Made by a program: the position numbers and the translations under genes. This document shows, in pieces, positions 1 through 10,922 of a stretch of 64,000 bases of DNA; the first letter of the stretch is position 1, and every line of letters begins with the position of its first letter. The notes under the pieces are model-generated. The model had not been told where the DNA came from and did no database searches. It was given only the letters and a program-made list of their open reading frames with translations. Source of the stretch: Alphaproteobacteria bacterium (GTDB lineage Bacteria; Pseudomonadota; Alphaproteobacteria; Micavibrionales; Micavibrionaceae); NCBI GenBank assembly GCA_002690045.1, contig NZDE01000011.1, positions 88,582-152,581 of the forward strand, in the 5' to 3' direction.

Positions 1-22
1 ATAGACATTCTATGGAGGGAAT

Positions 23-406
23 ATGTCAGATTTAGAAAAACTAGAAGAACTAACAACATATGCCGTGGCCTTTAAAGAAGCCGCAGAAGCTTACACAAGC
101 GAAACAGACGGTTTACAAGAAGATATGATCGCCAAGCTCGAAGATGGCGAAATGGATCGTGCAATTGAAATGGCTACAAACCTTGCAACAGGCGGTTTAA
201 GTGCAGCATTCGGCGGTGTAAGCGAAGACTTCCTACTACTTAATATCGAGGCAGCAGACTTTACTACTTTAGTTGCTGGTCGTGTTATTGATCAAGATAC
301 ATTAATCAGCTTTTTACCTGAAGAACTTAAAACGCAAGAGTCTGTAGACCAACTTGAGCAAGCAAAAGCGCCTAATTTAGCTCGCATTTGTAAAGCAGCT
401 CTTTAA
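23..406 (+). CDS. hypothetical acidic protein (127 aa)
   Basis: Complete ORF with a GGAGGG Shine-Dalgarno a few nt upstream of the ATG. Glu/Asp/Ala-rich with no recognisable motif. Confidence 0.5.
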   Translation: MSDLEKLEELTTYAVAFKEAAEAYTSETDGLQEDMIAKLEDGEMDRAIEMATNLATGGLSAAFGGVSEDFLLLNIEAADFTTLVAGRVIDQDTLISFLPEELKTQESVDQLEQAKAPNLARICKAAL

Positions 407-447
407 GTTTTTAAATGATAAAACTGTAAGCGACACAAATTTAAGAA

Positions 448-1884
448 TTATGATTGAGCAGCTTGTTGTAATGATGAGCTGCTTAATTTTTGAAGAATGT
501 CAGGCCCGATAAAGCGAATGGAATCATCACGCGCGCCCATAATAAGGATGTAATCTCCTGCATCAGCCTCAGCCACTATGGCATCAATCAATGCATCACG
601 GCTTTTAAACACATCGACACTGCCAAGCGCCCCTGCACTACGGATGCCCGCGGCGATATCTTCTGATGAAATATCCTGCGCTACCGTGCCGCCTGCGTAA
701 TAAATATCTTGAAGAAAAAGCTTATCTTGCGCACGCAGATTCTTAGTGAAACTTTCAATGTAGCCATCTTTCATTAAGCGCGTCGGTGCAAAACCGTGCG
801 GCTGATAATATGCCAGAATACGTCCTGCATGGTTCGCCACGCATGACATTGCAGCGTCAATTTTATCAGGGTTATGGGCGTAATCATCCAGAATTGTTAT
901 GCCATCAACCTTACCAATTAATTCTAAACGCGACTTTACCCCTGAGAATTTCTGTAAAGCTTTTAGGCAATCGAACATATCAGCGCCGAGCGCATCCATA
1001 ATAGCAAATGCGGCAAGTATATTTTGTACATTGTGCCGCCCAAGCATAGGTGCATGTATTTCATATGGCTCGACATCATCAATGATAATGTCAAACTTTA
1101 CACCCTGCGGCGATAGAACGATGTTCTTGGCCTTAAAACGTGCATCTGCATGATCGTCCAGAGAGTAGCCAACAGCTTTATCTTCAGGCAAGTCTAGTGC
1201 TGACACGTACGGGTCGTCACAATTATAGACAATCACATTTTGAGTTTGATCAACCAAGCGCTGAAATAAGGTGATCAGCTCCTCAATTGGCTTGTGGTCT
1301 AACGTAATATTGTGGATCAAGCTAATCGCCGGCTTATATACCACGACAGAGCCATCGCTTTCACAGGCCTCCGCAACGAATACATCACTATTACTCGCGC
1401 GGGCATTACCGAATACAGAGCATTTAGTATCATCCGCCGCGCTAAAGTCAGGCATAACTGCGCCATTTATAACTGTAGGGTCTAAATCACACGCACGCGC
1501 AAGAAATGCGACTAAGGCCGTTACCGTTGATTTACCGCTTGTCCCTGCGACAGCAACGCTTTTCGCCTTTTCATTTAACATTTTCGCTAATAAATCCGCA
1601 CGGCGAATAACCTGCACATTATGTTCCAAAGCAGCAGCAATATCTGGGATTTGCGGCTCAACTGCAGCTGATGCGACCACGCAATCTACATCACCGTTCA
1701 CAACGATAACGCCATCTTGTGGCACCATCTCTACGCCCATTTTTTTGATGGCATCAAATTTCGCAGGGAAAAGACCTTGGTCATATGACCGATCAGAGCC
1801 AAAAACCTCATGCCCCTCCGTCTTTAATGCCCATGCAAGTGCACTTAGACCAATGCCACCCACACCAGAAAGTAAATAACGCAT
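448..1884 (-). CDS. murC: Mur ligase family protein, MurC-like (UDP-N-acetylmuramate--L-alanine ligase-like)
   Basis: N-terminal GVGGIGLSALA Rossmann motif, P-loop AGTSGKSTVT, EACESDGS (MurC EADESD-like), NITLDHKP, GRHNVQNILAA, DDYAHNPDKI and YQPHGF. Order and spacing match MurC. The start overlaps the clpB stop (TAATG). Confidence 0.65.
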   Translation of the reverse strand: MRYLLSGVGGIGLSALAWALKTEGHEVFGSDRSYDQGLFPAKFDAIKKMGVEMVPQDGVIVVNGDVDCVVASAAVEPQIPDIAAALEHNVQVIRRADLLAKMLNEKAKSVAVAGTSGKSTVTALVAFLARACDLDPTVINGAVMPDFSAADDTKCSVFGNARASNSDVFVAEACESDGSVVVYKPAISLIHNITLDHKPIEELITLFQRLVDQTQNVIVYNCDDPYVSALDLPEDKAVGYSLDDHADARFKAKNIVLSPQGVKFDIIIDDVEPYEIHAPMLGRHNVQNILAAFAIMDALGADMFDCLKALQKFSGVKSRLELIGKVDGITILDDYAHNPDKIDAAMSCVANHAGRILAYYQPHGFAPTRLMKDGYIESFTKNLRAQDKLFLQDIYYAGGTVAQDISSEDIAAGIRSAGALGSVDVFKSRDALIDAIVAEADAGDYILIMGARDDSIRFIGPDILQKLSSSSLQQAAQS

Positions 1885-4505
1885 TATTCAGCGGCCTCCT
1901 CGCCATCGGTATTTTTTGATGCGCCGACTTTAAAATCGAGGACATTATCATCTGCAAGACTAACCTCAACACTAGCGCCATCGCCAATTTTTCCTTCAAG
2001 GATTAGCTCGGCCAATTTGTTCTGTAGCATTGTTTGAATAACGCGTTTTAATGGACGCGCGCCATAAACAGGATCATAGCCACGATCAGCCAAATATTCT
2101 TTGGTTGTTTCGTCTATTTCAAGCGTGATACGACGATCACCTAGCAATTTTCGCAAATATTTAAGCTGTATATCAATAATGCCAGAAATTTGCGCACGGC
2201 CAAGGCGGCGGAACAACAGAATTTCATCCAATCGGTTAAGAAATTCAGGACGGAACGCCGCGCGTACAGCGTCCATAACTTGCGGACGCGCAACCTCGAC
2301 ATCATCTTCTTCATTAAGTGCAGTGAGATGTTCCGCGCCAAGGTTTGACGTCATGATCAATACCGTATTGCTAAAATCAACTGTGCGCCCTTGACCATCG
2401 GTTAAACGTCCATCATCAAGCACCTGTAAAAGCACGTTAAATACGTCTGGATGCGCTTTTTCAACCTCATCAAATAAAACAACCTGATACGGCCTGCGGC
2501 GCACAGCTTCGGTCAGTGCCCCACCTTCTTCATAACCAACATAGCCTGGAGGCGCACCGATCATACGTGATACAGAGTGCTTCTCCATATATTCTGACAT
2601 ATCAAGACGGACAAGCGCGGCATCATCATCAAACATAAATTCGGCAAGGGATTTAGTTAGCTCCGTCTTACCTACCCCAGTTGGCCCCAAGAATAAGAAT
2701 GAACCAATTGGGCGACGTGGATCTTGTAGCCCTGCGCGTGAACGGCGCACGGCATTTGCCACGGCAACAACGGCTTCATCCTGCCCGACCACGCGTTTTT
2801 TAAGGCTGTCTTCCATAGACAGCAGCTTTTCGCGTTCGCCCTCTAACATTTTATCAACCGGAATGCCTGTCCATTTACTAACGACATAGGCGATATGTTC
2901 GCTATCGACCTCTTCCTCAATTATTTTGCCTTCGTCGGCCTCTGCATCATCTTGTTCTTGCAATTTTTCCTGCAGTTCAGGGATGGCAGAATACTTAAGT
3001 TCACCCGCGCGTGCCCAGTCACCTGCACGTTCAGCCTGTTCAAGCTCAATGCGCAGACGATCAAGCTCTTCTGCAAGGCGCTGCGATGCATTAAGGTCAG
3101 CCTTTTCACTTGACCACTTATCGTTCAGCTCTTGTGATTTAGCTTCTAGCTCGGCTAGCTCTGTCTCTAAAGTCTTTAAACGACTTTTCGAGGATTGATC
3201 CTTTTCTTTTTTCAGCGCCTCACGTTCAATTTTCATTTGCACAATGCGGCGATCGAGCTCGTCTAGCTCTTCAGGTTTAGAATCAACAACCATACGCAGG
3301 CGCGAAGATGCCTCATCAATCAAATCAATCGCCTTATCAGGCAAGAAACGATCAGTTATATAACGGTTTGACAGCGTTGCCGCTGATACAATCGCGTTAT
3401 CCATGATACGTACACCATGATGTGCTTCGTATTTCTCCTTCAAACCACGCAGGATGGATATTGTATCCTCAACTGTTGGCTCTTCGACAAAAACTGGTTG
3501 GAAACGGCGCGCAAGGGCGGCGTCTTTCTCAATATGCTGGCGGTATTCATCAAGCGTTGTTGCACCTACCATGTGCAGTTCACCACGCGCCAATGCGGGT
3601 TTCAGCATATTTGACGCATCCATAGCGCCATCAGCTTTGCCCGCACCGATTAACGTATGAAGCTCATCCAAGAAGACGATAATATCACCGCCTGCTGAGG
3701 AAATTTCTTCCAATACTGCTTTTAAACGCTCTTCAAACTCACCACGATATTTTGCACCCGCGACCATTGAGCCTAAATCAAGTGACATAAGTGTTTTATG
3801 CTTTAAACTTTCAGGGACATCACCTTTGACAATACGCTGTGCGAGCCCTTCAACTATAGCCGTTTTACCGACCCCGGGCTCACCAATAAGTACTGGGTTA
3901 TTTTTCGTGCGGCGGGAAAGAACCTGAATTGTGCGGCGTATTTCTTCATCACGGCCAATAACAGGGTCAAGCTTACCGCTGCGGGCAACTTCGGTTAAAT
4001 CACGCGCATATTTGGCAAGCGCATCGAAATTATCCTCGGCATTAGCGTTATCAGCCGTTTTACCTTTGCGCATATCATTTATCGCTGCATTTAAGCCTGT
4101 ATCTGTAAGACCAGAATCAGCCATTATTTCGGCAACATTCGTCGCTTTGGCTATCAACATAGACTGTAAGATACGTTCTGACGTTACAAACTTGTCTCCC
4201 GATTTTTCACTTAATTGCAATGCCTTATCAAGTATCTTTATTAAATCAGTTGAGAGACGAAGGCCGCCTGCACCGCTGCCTGTTACATTGACTAGCTTAG
4301 ATAAAGCCTGATTTACTTTTGACTGTAGCTTATGAAGGTCTGCACCGCTAGCAGATAGAAGCTTTGCCACCGCGCCTGTGTCATCTTCCAACATTACTCT
4401 CAGCAAATGTTCTGGCTCTAATGACTGGTGGTCTGAACGCATCGCTAATGTTTGCGCTGCCTGCATAAAAGAACGACATTTTTCAGTAAACTTTTGGAAA
4501 TCCAT
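1884..4505 (-). CDS. clpB: ATP-dependent chaperone/disaggregase ClpB
   Basis: 873 aa. Two AAA+ modules ([15 protein letters not shown] and [15 protein letters not shown]), a long coiled-coil middle domain and a Clp N domain. Confidence 0.96.
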   Translation of the reverse strand: MDFQKFTEKCRSFMQAAQTLAMRSDHQSLEPEHLLRVMLEDDTGAVAKLLSASGADLHKLQSKVNQALSKLVNVTGSGAGGLRLSTDLIKILDKALQLSEKSGDKFVTSERILQSMLIAKATNVAEIMADSGLTDTGLNAAINDMRKGKTADNANAEDNFDALAKYARDLTEVARSGKLDPVIGRDEEIRRTIQVLSRRTKNNPVLIGEPGVGKTAIVEGLAQRIVKGDVPESLKHKTLMSLDLGSMVAGAKYRGEFEERLKAVLEEISSAGGDIIVFLDELHTLIGAGKADGAMDASNMLKPALARGELHMVGATTLDEYRQHIEKDAALARRFQPVFVEEPTVEDTISILRGLKEKYEAHHGVRIMDNAIVSAATLSNRYITDRFLPDKAIDLIDEASSRLRMVVDSKPEELDELDRRIVQMKIEREALKKEKDQSSKSRLKTLETELAELEAKSQELNDKWSSEKADLNASQRLAEELDRLRIELEQAERAGDWARAGELKYSAIPELQEKLQEQDDAEADEGKIIEEEVDSEHIAYVVSKWTGIPVDKMLEGEREKLLSMEDSLKKRVVGQDEAVVAVANAVRRSRAGLQDPRRPIGSFLFLGPTGVGKTELTKSLAEFMFDDDAALVRLDMSEYMEKHSVSRMIGAPPGYVGYEEGGALTEAVRRRPYQVVLFDEVEKAHPDVFNVLLQVLDDGRLTDGQGRTVDFSNTVLIMTSNLGAEHLTALNEEDDVEVARPQVMDAVRAAFRPEFLNRLDEILLFRRLGRAQISGIIDIQLKYLRKLLGDRRITLEIDETTKEYLADRGYDPVYGARPLKRVIQTMLQNKLAELILEGKIGDGASVEVSLADDNVLDFKVGASKNTDGEEAAE

Positions 4506-4543
4506 AACGATACCTGCCTTGGTTAAACCTGAATTATAATATT

Positions 4544-4571
4544 AATATACTTATCGCATGAAATATTTCAA
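4544..4571 (-). promoter_or_regulatory. candidate promoter for clpB (TTGAAA-16 nt-TATATT)
   Basis: Minus-strand hexamers read directly, about 35-60 nt upstream of the clpB ATG. It does not match the alphaproteobacterial RpoH consensus. Confidence 0.3.
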
Positions 4572-4602
4572 ATGGCATTGACCAAAGTCATGCAGCTATT
4601 AA

Positions 4603-4631
4603 GAAAAAAAGAGAGCCATAAAGGCTCTCTC
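4603..4631 (-). terminator. rho-independent terminator after the DUF4167 gene
   Basis: 8-bp stem agagagcc/ggctctct with a 5-nt loop, followed on the minus strand by a run of T. Confidence 0.7.
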
Positions 4632-4718
4632 CTGTCAGACGGTAACTAGATAACTAAAAAAAATATACTCTATAGCGTACGCGTACACATATTAAGCAAC
4701 GCGCTTAGGTAAACTTAA

Positions 4719-5147
4719 TTATGCAGGTTCAACTTCCAACTGCTTTTGCGTAGAGACAGTGGCCTCTTTGCCAATAATGCTTGAAGGAAGCCCAAGGCCT
4801 TGGTCTTCACTGCTATCTGACGCGCGGTTACCGATATTGTCGTCAACCATATCATCTGCATCATTTCTGTGATTTACAACCTTCTTAGGACCATTCATTA
4901 ATTCATCGTCCCAATCATTTACAATACGCTGATAATGTTCAGCATGCTGTAGGAAATTCTGTGCAGCGACTATATCACCGGCTGCGTTCGCGTCTTTCGC
5001 AAGGGCTACGTATTTTTCAACAATCTGCATAGCCGTACCTCTGATACGTACGTCTGGCCCATTGCTGTCATAAACGCGTGATTTGTTATTCGTATTATTC
5101 CGACGTCCACCGCGAGAGCGAGAGCGTCTTTGCGCACCATTTTTCAT
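4719..5147 (-). CDS. DUF4167 domain-containing protein
   Basis: Arg/Asn-rich N terminus, then SNGPDVRIRGTAMQIVEKYVALAKDA...NFLQHAEHYQRI, the conserved DUF4167 core. It lies between prmC and clpB, the usual alphaproteobacterial position. Confidence 0.85.
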   Translation of the reverse strand: MKNGAQRRSRSRGGRRNNTNNKSRVYDSNGPDVRIRGTAMQIVEKYVALAKDANAAGDIVAAQNFLQHAEHYQRIVNDWDDELMNGPKKVVNHRNDADDMVDDNIGNRASDSSEDQGLGLPSSIIGKEATVSTQKQLEVEPA

Positions 5148-5405
5148 TTTTTAGTCACCTAGTTTTTATAATTAAACACCAATCATGTACACGTACATCA
5201 TACATAATGTATTGGATTCGTGTAAAAAACTGTTTTTAAGTTATTCACAGAATCACTGTAATTTTAACATAAGAGTCCCTATCCAGAAAACGTGCCGGAA
5301 ACCGAACCCGTCCTGATTCTGAAAACAAATCACTGCAAATGTTTTGAACAAATGTAATTTATCGCGGCAAAGGAATTTGGATCAACACTGGAAATAGATT
5401 TTTAT

Positions 5406-6284
5406 TCATTTATCCCCACAGCTAAATTCCCCGCCACGTGCGTGGCCACCGAGGTCATAGATGATTCTTTTTAGATTCGCGCCAACGTTTATACCGATTC
5501 TGTTAATAGCCTCAATCTGGTCATATCCGCACTCTAAGAAAAGCCGTCCATTTGGCCGCAAATTATTTTTTAAAGATATAAAGATTTTTTTATATGGGTC
5601 TAAACCATCAATTCCGCCATCAAGCGCCAGAATCGGGTCATAATTTTTTACTGATTCTGAAAGATTCGTAATATCCGCGGTCGGGATATAAGGTGGATTC
5701 GTCACAATGACGTCACAGCAATCATCCCCAAGCGCCGAAACATAATCCCCCTGTACAAAATGGATGCGCTCTTCGACACAATTAATCTGGGCATTCTTGC
5801 GCGCTATCATTAACGCATCCCACGAATAATCCACCGCAAGCGCTGTCGCATTTGGTATTTCCGCCAATAAGGTAATGGCGATACAGCCGCTCCCCGTCCC
5901 TATATCAACAATCGTAATGGGCTTATTGGGCATTTCGGCCTTGTACCATGTAAGCACGGCTTCAATAATTGATTCTGTATCTGGGCGCGGGTCTAGTACT
6001 TTTTCAGACACCTTAAAAGACCGCCCCCAAAACTCTTTTTCACCAAAAATCTTGGCAATTGGCTTGCCGCTTAGGCGCGCATCAAGGTCTTGCTGTATTA
6101 ATATTAATGATTCTTGGTTTATCTGTTTATTATTATCAGTAAGCAGGTCAAGGTAACTTAAACCACCACGCTGCTCCAATATTAGGCGCGCATCTAAATC
6201 CGCCGTATCAGGATCAACGCCAGATAGTAAGCGTTTACGAATCTCAGTATAGAGGTCTTTCGCAGTGACAGGCAGATCAACCAT
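5406..6284 (-). CDS. prmC: peptide chain release factor N5-glutamine methyltransferase
   Basis: [13 protein letters not shown] motif and the NPPY motif (VTNPPYIP). Overlaps the prfA stop by 8 nt. Confidence 0.93.
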   Translation of the reverse strand: MVDLPVTAKDLYTEIRKRLLSGVDPDTADLDARLILEQRGGLSYLDLLTDNNKQINQESLILIQQDLDARLSGKPIAKIFGEKEFWGRSFKVSEKVLDPRPDTESIIEAVLTWYKAEMPNKPITIVDIGTGSGCIAITLLAEIPNATALAVDYSWDALMIARKNAQINCVEERIHFVQGDYVSALGDDCCDVIVTNPPYIPTADITNLSESVKNYDPILALDGGIDGLDPYKKIFISLKNNLRPNGRLFLECGYDQIEAINRIGINVGANLKRIIYDLGGHARGGEFSCGDK

Positions 6285-7341
6285 CTAATGCAGCAAGCTT
6301 GCTCGCTTGGTCTTCTGTAATGAGTGGGTTGATAACATCCGTAAGGCCTTCGCCGGCCAAAACCTCATCTAACTTATAAAGCGTTAGGTTGATACGGTGG
6401 TCTGTCACACGGCCTTGCGGGAAGTTATAAGTACGAATACGCTCAGAGCGATCACCAGAGCCGACTTGTGATTTCCGGTCTTCCGAGCGTTCTGCATCCA
6501 GACGCTGACGTTCTAGGTCATATAAACGTGTCTGCAAAATCTTCATCGCCTTGGCTTTGTTCTTGTGCTGTGACTTTTCATCTTGGATTGCCACAACTAA
6601 GCCTGTTGGCAAATGAGTGATACGCACGGCACTATCCGTCGTGTTAACGCTCTGCCCGCCACAGCCTTGCGAACGATACACATCAATACGTAAATCATTA
6701 TCATTGATTTGAATATCTACATCCTGCGCCTCAGGTAAAACAGCGACTGTAGCAGCTGAAGTATGGATACGCCCGCCAGATTCAGTTTTAGGCACGCGCT
6801 GCACACGATGCACGCCCGATTCAAATTTCAAATTCGCAAATACATTATGGCCTGTAATTTCGGCAATGACTTCTTTAAAGCCACCGATATCATTTTCAGA
6901 CGCTTCCATAATTTCGATGCGCCAGCCCTGCGCCGCGGCGTAGCCTTTATACATAGAAAGTAAATCACTTGCGAATAACGCAGCCTCATCCCCGCCTGTA
7001 CCAGCACGAATTTCTAATATGGCGTTACGTGCATCTGCTTCATCTTTAGGAATAAGCGCCAATTGAATTTGTTGTTCTAATTCAGGGATACGTTTTTCTA
7101 GCGCGTATTTTTCTTCCTGCGCAATGTCTTTCATTTCAGGGTCAGACATCATCTCATCCGCATCGGCAATCCCCTGAAGTGCAGCTTCATAATCATCAAT
7201 CGTTTCAATGATTGGTGATAATTCTGCATATTCGCGTGATAAGCGTGAAAAATCTTCACCGCTTAAATTACCTTCTGCCATAAGGGCTGAAAGTTCCTCA
7301 TATTTTGATTTTAAAGGTGCTAGTTTTGATTGTAGAGACAT
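6277..7341 (-). CDS. prfA: peptide chain release factor 1
   Basis: GGQ motif ([24 protein letters not shown]), [17 protein letters not shown] recognition loop, 354 aa. Confidence 0.96.
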   Translation of the reverse strand: MSLQSKLAPLKSKYEELSALMAEGNLSGEDFSRLSREYAELSPIIETIDDYEAALQGIADADEMMSDPEMKDIAQEEKYALEKRIPELEQQIQLALIPKDEADARNAILEIRAGTGGDEAALFASDLLSMYKGYAAAQGWRIEIMEASENDIGGFKEVIAEITGHNVFANLKFESGVHRVQRVPKTESGGRIHTSAATVAVLPEAQDVDIQINDNDLRIDVYRSQGCGGQSVNTTDSAVRITHLPTGLVVAIQDEKSQHKNKAKAMKILQTRLYDLERQRLDAERSEDRKSQVGSGDRSERIRTYNFPQGRVTDHRINLTLYKLDEVLAGEGLTDVINPLITEDQASKLAALDG

Positions 7342-7429
7342 TTTATCCTCTTATGTCACAGTCATTACCTGTGTTTTATAATATATATGGCTGTTATTTT
7401 CTATAAAAAAGATAAGGCGCAGCATCGCG

Positions 7430-8407
7430 CTAATCAAGGCGGTCACGTAAAGCTTCGGCAAATAGTGGTACGCGGCGCACTACAATACCATTCTCACCAA
7501 GTGGCGGCAGCTTCTCTTCACCAATGAATATATCTATACCGCCTGCATTACCTGTATCCATTCGCCAGCCCATTGCATTTTCAGGCACGACAATGTCTTT
7601 GCCACGTTTCAGAATACCAGTAAAAACGGTTTCGCCTTCAGCGTTCTTAATCTGCATCCATGTCGGGTCTTTGGCAAATATGCGTATGGCTTTTCCAGCA
7701 TCATTATGCGTGACTTTAGGCTCTGTATTATTTTCAGAGGGCGCAGAGTTTTCTTGGCCTGTGTCTTGACCTACTGCATCTTCACTTTCAACTGGTTCCA
7801 TCTCTTGTGTTCCTGATGACGCTTCACTATCAGCTTCTTCAGTGGCCTTTAAGTTTTCAACATCGACAGCAGCATCAACAAGCTCAGGCATTACGTCTTC
7901 AACTTTCGGCGGCCATACAGAATCGGTCTGCGCGGTCTCTATAGTAGGTTCAGCGCTGCGTTCAACTTTTGTTTGCGTAACTTTACGCTCAGGATCAGGC
8001 TTAAACAAAGTATAACAACCAAAAACGATAGCGAGACCAATAAGTGAAATAACAAAGACCGTTAAATCAGGACGTTTGCTTTCATCTGCGGCAACAGGAA
8101 AATTATATTCTGGGCGTAGTGCGTTTTTACCAAGTTGCTGCTTGAATAGATTGACGATTTGATCACCATCCAAACCCAAATATTCAGCATATGAGCGTAT
8201 AAAGCCAATTGCATAAACGCGCCCTGGTAGTTTAGATATATCATCCTGTTCTAACGCCTCCAACAAACCTGCACGAATGCGTAAGACAGACTCAACTTGC
8301 TCCAAGCTATGTCCATAATGTGTACGCGTACGCAAAAGGATCTCCCCTACGGAAAGGCCTTTTAAATCTTGTAAGCTGTGATTAGTTTGAGATGAAATAT
8401 CGCTCAT
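7430..8407 (-). CDS. helix-turn-helix domain protein, RodZ-like (HTH + TM + DUF4115-like C terminus)
   Basis: N-terminal Xre-type HTH (SVGEILLRTRTHYGHSLEQVESVLRIR), one TM helix, an acidic linker and a C-terminal beta-rich domain. Confidence 0.7.
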   Translation of the reverse strand: MSDISSQTNHSLQDLKGLSVGEILLRTRTHYGHSLEQVESVLRIRAGLLEALEQDDISKLPGRVYAIGFIRSYAEYLGLDGDQIVNLFKQQLGKNALRPEYNFPVAADESKRPDLTVFVISLIGLAIVFGCYTLFKPDPERKVTQTKVERSAEPTIETAQTDSVWPPKVEDVMPELVDAAVDVENLKATEEADSEASSGTQEMEPVESEDAVGQDTGQENSAPSENNTEPKVTHNDAGKAIRIFAKDPTWMQIKNAEGETVFTGILKRGKDIVVPENAMGWRMDTGNAGGIDIFIGEEKLPPLGENGIVVRRVPLFAEALRDRLD

Positions 8408-8468
8408 AGCATTATTCTATGATGAGTCCTTTATAAACACAAGCGCGATTATTCACGTAAATACGCCT

Positions 8469-9704
8469 TTAAGAAAGGTGTTCAAGCCCATAGACATTAT
8501 GAAGCGTACGAACGGCAAGTTCGGTGTATTCCTCAGCAATCAAAACGGATATTTTAATTTCTGATGTAGAAATGACCTGAATGTTAATACCTTTATCAGC
8601 AAGCGCCGAAAACATTTTTTGTGCCACGCCCGCATGTGAACGCATGCCGATACCGACGACCGAGATCTTCGCGACATCAGTTGATGATATAATTTTTGCG
8701 CCTTTTAAGTCTTCGCATTTTAGTAAAACATCCTTGGCGCGCTGTGCATCACCGCGCGGGACAGTAAATGTCATATCCGTCAATTTACCGTCTGTTGAGA
8801 TGTCCTGAATAATCATATCAACATTGACATTGGCTTTGGAAAGCGGGCCAAAAACCTTTGCCGCAACCCCGGGGACATCATCCAGATTAAGGATAGTAAT
8901 TTTTGCATCATCACGTGAATATGTGATGCCGTTAACGACATGATCTTCCATTATCTCTTCCTCTTTAACAACCATTGTACCCGGCAGGTCGCTGCCTATT
9001 GCATCACCGAAACTTGATAAAACCTGCACAGGCACTTCACGTTTGAATGCCATTTCAACTGACCGTGTCTGCAAAACCTTTGCACCAAGTGATGCCATTT
9101 CGAGCATTTCTTCATAAGATACTGCCTTCAGCTTGCTTGCGCCCGGCACAATACGTGGGTCTGTCGTGTAGACACCATCTACATCCGTATATATATCGCA
9201 TCGATCAGCATCTAAGGCCGCGGCGAGCGCAACAGCCGTGGTATCAGACCCACCACGCCCTAAGGTCGCAATGCGCCCTGAATGCGTTATCCCTTGAACC
9301 CCTGCGAGAACAGCGACTTCGCCTTTTTCTAAACGTTTATTCAATTCATCGGGGTTAATTTCTAGAATGCGGGCTTTACCATGCACATCACTACATATAA
9401 TAGGTACTTGCCAACCAAGCCATGAACGCGCGGCTATGCCACGCTTCTGTAGCGCCATAGCCATCAAGCCTGCTGTGACTTGTTCACCACTCGCCACGAC
9501 TGAATCATATTCACGCGCGTCATATAAAGAATCTACATTAGAGCAATGTTCGATTAAAGCATTGGTTACGCCAGACATCGCAGAAACAACAACTGCAACC
9601 TGATTGCCACGCTCGACTTCCTTTGCGACTTTATCTGCTGCGCGCTCAATGCGTTCAATATCCGCTACAGATGTACCACCAAATTTGGCTACCAACTTCG
9701 CCAT
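8469..9704 (-). CDS. lysC: aspartate kinase
   Basis: KFGGTSV N terminus, kinase core and two C-terminal ACT domains. 411 aa. Confidence 0.95.
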   Translation of the reverse strand: MAKLVAKFGGTSVADIERIERAADKVAKEVERGNQVAVVVSAMSGVTNALIEHCSNVDSLYDAREYDSVVASGEQVTAGLMAMALQKRGIAARSWLGWQVPIICSDVHGKARILEINPDELNKRLEKGEVAVLAGVQGITHSGRIATLGRGGSDTTAVALAAALDADRCDIYTDVDGVYTTDPRIVPGASKLKAVSYEEMLEMASLGAKVLQTRSVEMAFKREVPVQVLSSFGDAIGSDLPGTMVVKEEEIMEDHVVNGITYSRDDAKITILNLDDVPGVAAKVFGPLSKANVNVDMIIQDISTDGKLTDMTFTVPRGDAQRAKDVLLKCEDLKGAKIISSTDVAKISVVGIGMRSHAGVAQKMFSALADKGINIQVISTSEIKISVLIAEEYTELAVRTLHNVYGLEHLS

Positions 9705-9850
9705 TTTTAAACCCTATTCAACATCCATCTATTCTTAGTACCAATACTCATAAACAAGATTAAGCATTGGAATAGCATTATTTTGTTTGCTTTACCGCAT
9801 AAACGCCATAAATATAAATAATAAGTTCATTGATTAACAGCAAGATATTC

Positions 9851-10600
9851 ATGAAAACAAGTTTAAACCAACAAGAAATTGATAATTTCAGCAAAGATTC
9901 TGCACATTGGTGGGATGTAGATGGCCCTTTTGCGCCGCTGCATAAGCTAAACCCAACACGCATGCACTATATAAAGGAGCAAATTGTTCAGCATTACGAC
10001 CTTGAGCAAAAGAAAAACTTTGCACCGCTTTCCCCATTAAAAGGGCTGACCGTTGCTGATATTGGCTGCGGTGGCGGATTGGTTAGCGAGTCCCTCGCCC
10101 GCATGGGTGCACAGACATGCGGCTTAGATGCCGATACAAACGCCATTAACGTTGCCCGTAATCATGCGAACGAACAAGACCTCAAAATAAATTATCAGAA
10201 CTGCACAGCTGAAGATTTCTTAAATCAGGATAAAACACGTTTTGACGTTGTTTGCGCATTGGAGATTATCGAGCATGTCGATAACCCTGACTTTTTCGTT
10301 GAAACCGTTTTGGGCTTAGTTAAGCCCGGCGGCTTACTTATCTTATCAACACTTAACCGCACAATTAAGTCCGCGGCATTAGGTATTTTTGCGGCTGAAT
10401 ATATTTTGGGTTTAGTGCCCAAAGGCACACATACGCATAGCAAATTTATGAAGCCATCTGAAATTGGCGCATTATTGCGTCAGAATGATGCACATTGCGT
10501 TGATGTCACCGGCCTTAAATATAGTGTAAAAGACAATGATTTTACGCTCGATAAAAAGGACTTATCCGTCAATTACTTCATCACTGCACAGCGCACATAA
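9851..10600 (+). CDS. ubiG: bifunctional 3-demethylubiquinol 3-O-methyltransferase / 2-polyprenyl-6-hydroxyphenol methylase
   Basis: FSKDSAHWWDVDGPFAPLHKLNPTRMHYI and DIGCGGGLVSESLA SAM motif. I chose the ATG at 9851 over the TTG at 9830 used by the ORF track. Confidence 0.9.
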   Translation: MKTSLNQQEIDNFSKDSAHWWDVDGPFAPLHKLNPTRMHYIKEQIVQHYDLEQKKNFAPLSPLKGLTVADIGCGGGLVSESLARMGAQTCGLDADTNAINVARNHANEQDLKINYQNCTAEDFLNQDKTRFDVVCALEIIEHVDNPDFFVETVLGLVKPGGLLILSTLNRTIKSAALGIFAAEYILGLVPKGTHTHSKFMKPSEIGALLRQNDAHCVDVTGLKYSVKDNDFTLDKKDLSVNYFITAQRT

Positions 10601-10671
10601 AACACGGGATAAAGTCGGTTTTCTTATTTGCTAACTTGGCTTTACCTTAAAAAGATATTATAGTCCTTGCC

Positions 10672-10869
10672 ATGGAAATTAGTTTTATATTTTTAATACT
10701 CGCGCTTATTTTTGTTGCCCTGACATTCTTATCATTAATGGGCGGCTTTTCAGTTATGATGAAAGGCGATGAAAAAAGCGCAAAGAAAAGCAATAAATTC
10801 ATGCAAAAGCGTGTTTTGTTTCAAGGGTTAGCTTTGCTATTCCTCGCGCTTGCATATTTCACACAATAA
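10672..10869 (+). CDS. twin transmembrane helix small protein (HIG1-like)
   Basis: 65 aa with two TM helices flanking a basic loop (KKSNKFMQKRV), as in bacterial HIG1-domain proteins. Confidence 0.6.
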   Translation: MEISFIFLILALIFVALTFLSLMGGFSVMMKGDEKSAKKSNKFMQKRVLFQGLALLFLALAYFTQ

Positions 10870-10922
10870 ACAACAATAAAAATTCCAAGTGAACACTTAT
10901 TATAAAAAGGGTTTATTTCAAC

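Noticed and set aside
1271-1879. 202-aa ORF on the plus strand inside the MurC-like gene. Similar long antisense or alternate-frame ORFs occur at 10958-11404, 29133-29516, 34756-35139, 56432-56878, 58120-58590 and 60266-60691.
   Set aside because: Each lies entirely within a gene that has strong family motifs on the other strand or frame. Their translations are Ser/Ala/Arg/Cys-rich low-complexity sequence typical of shadow ORFs, and none has a ribosome-binding site I could see.
6700-6790. RF1 recognition tripeptide reads PKT instead of the commonly cited PAT/PVT
   Set aside because: The middle residue of PxT is variable among RF1 sequences, and GGQ and the rest of the protein are canonical. 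It is not evidence of altered stop-codon recognition.
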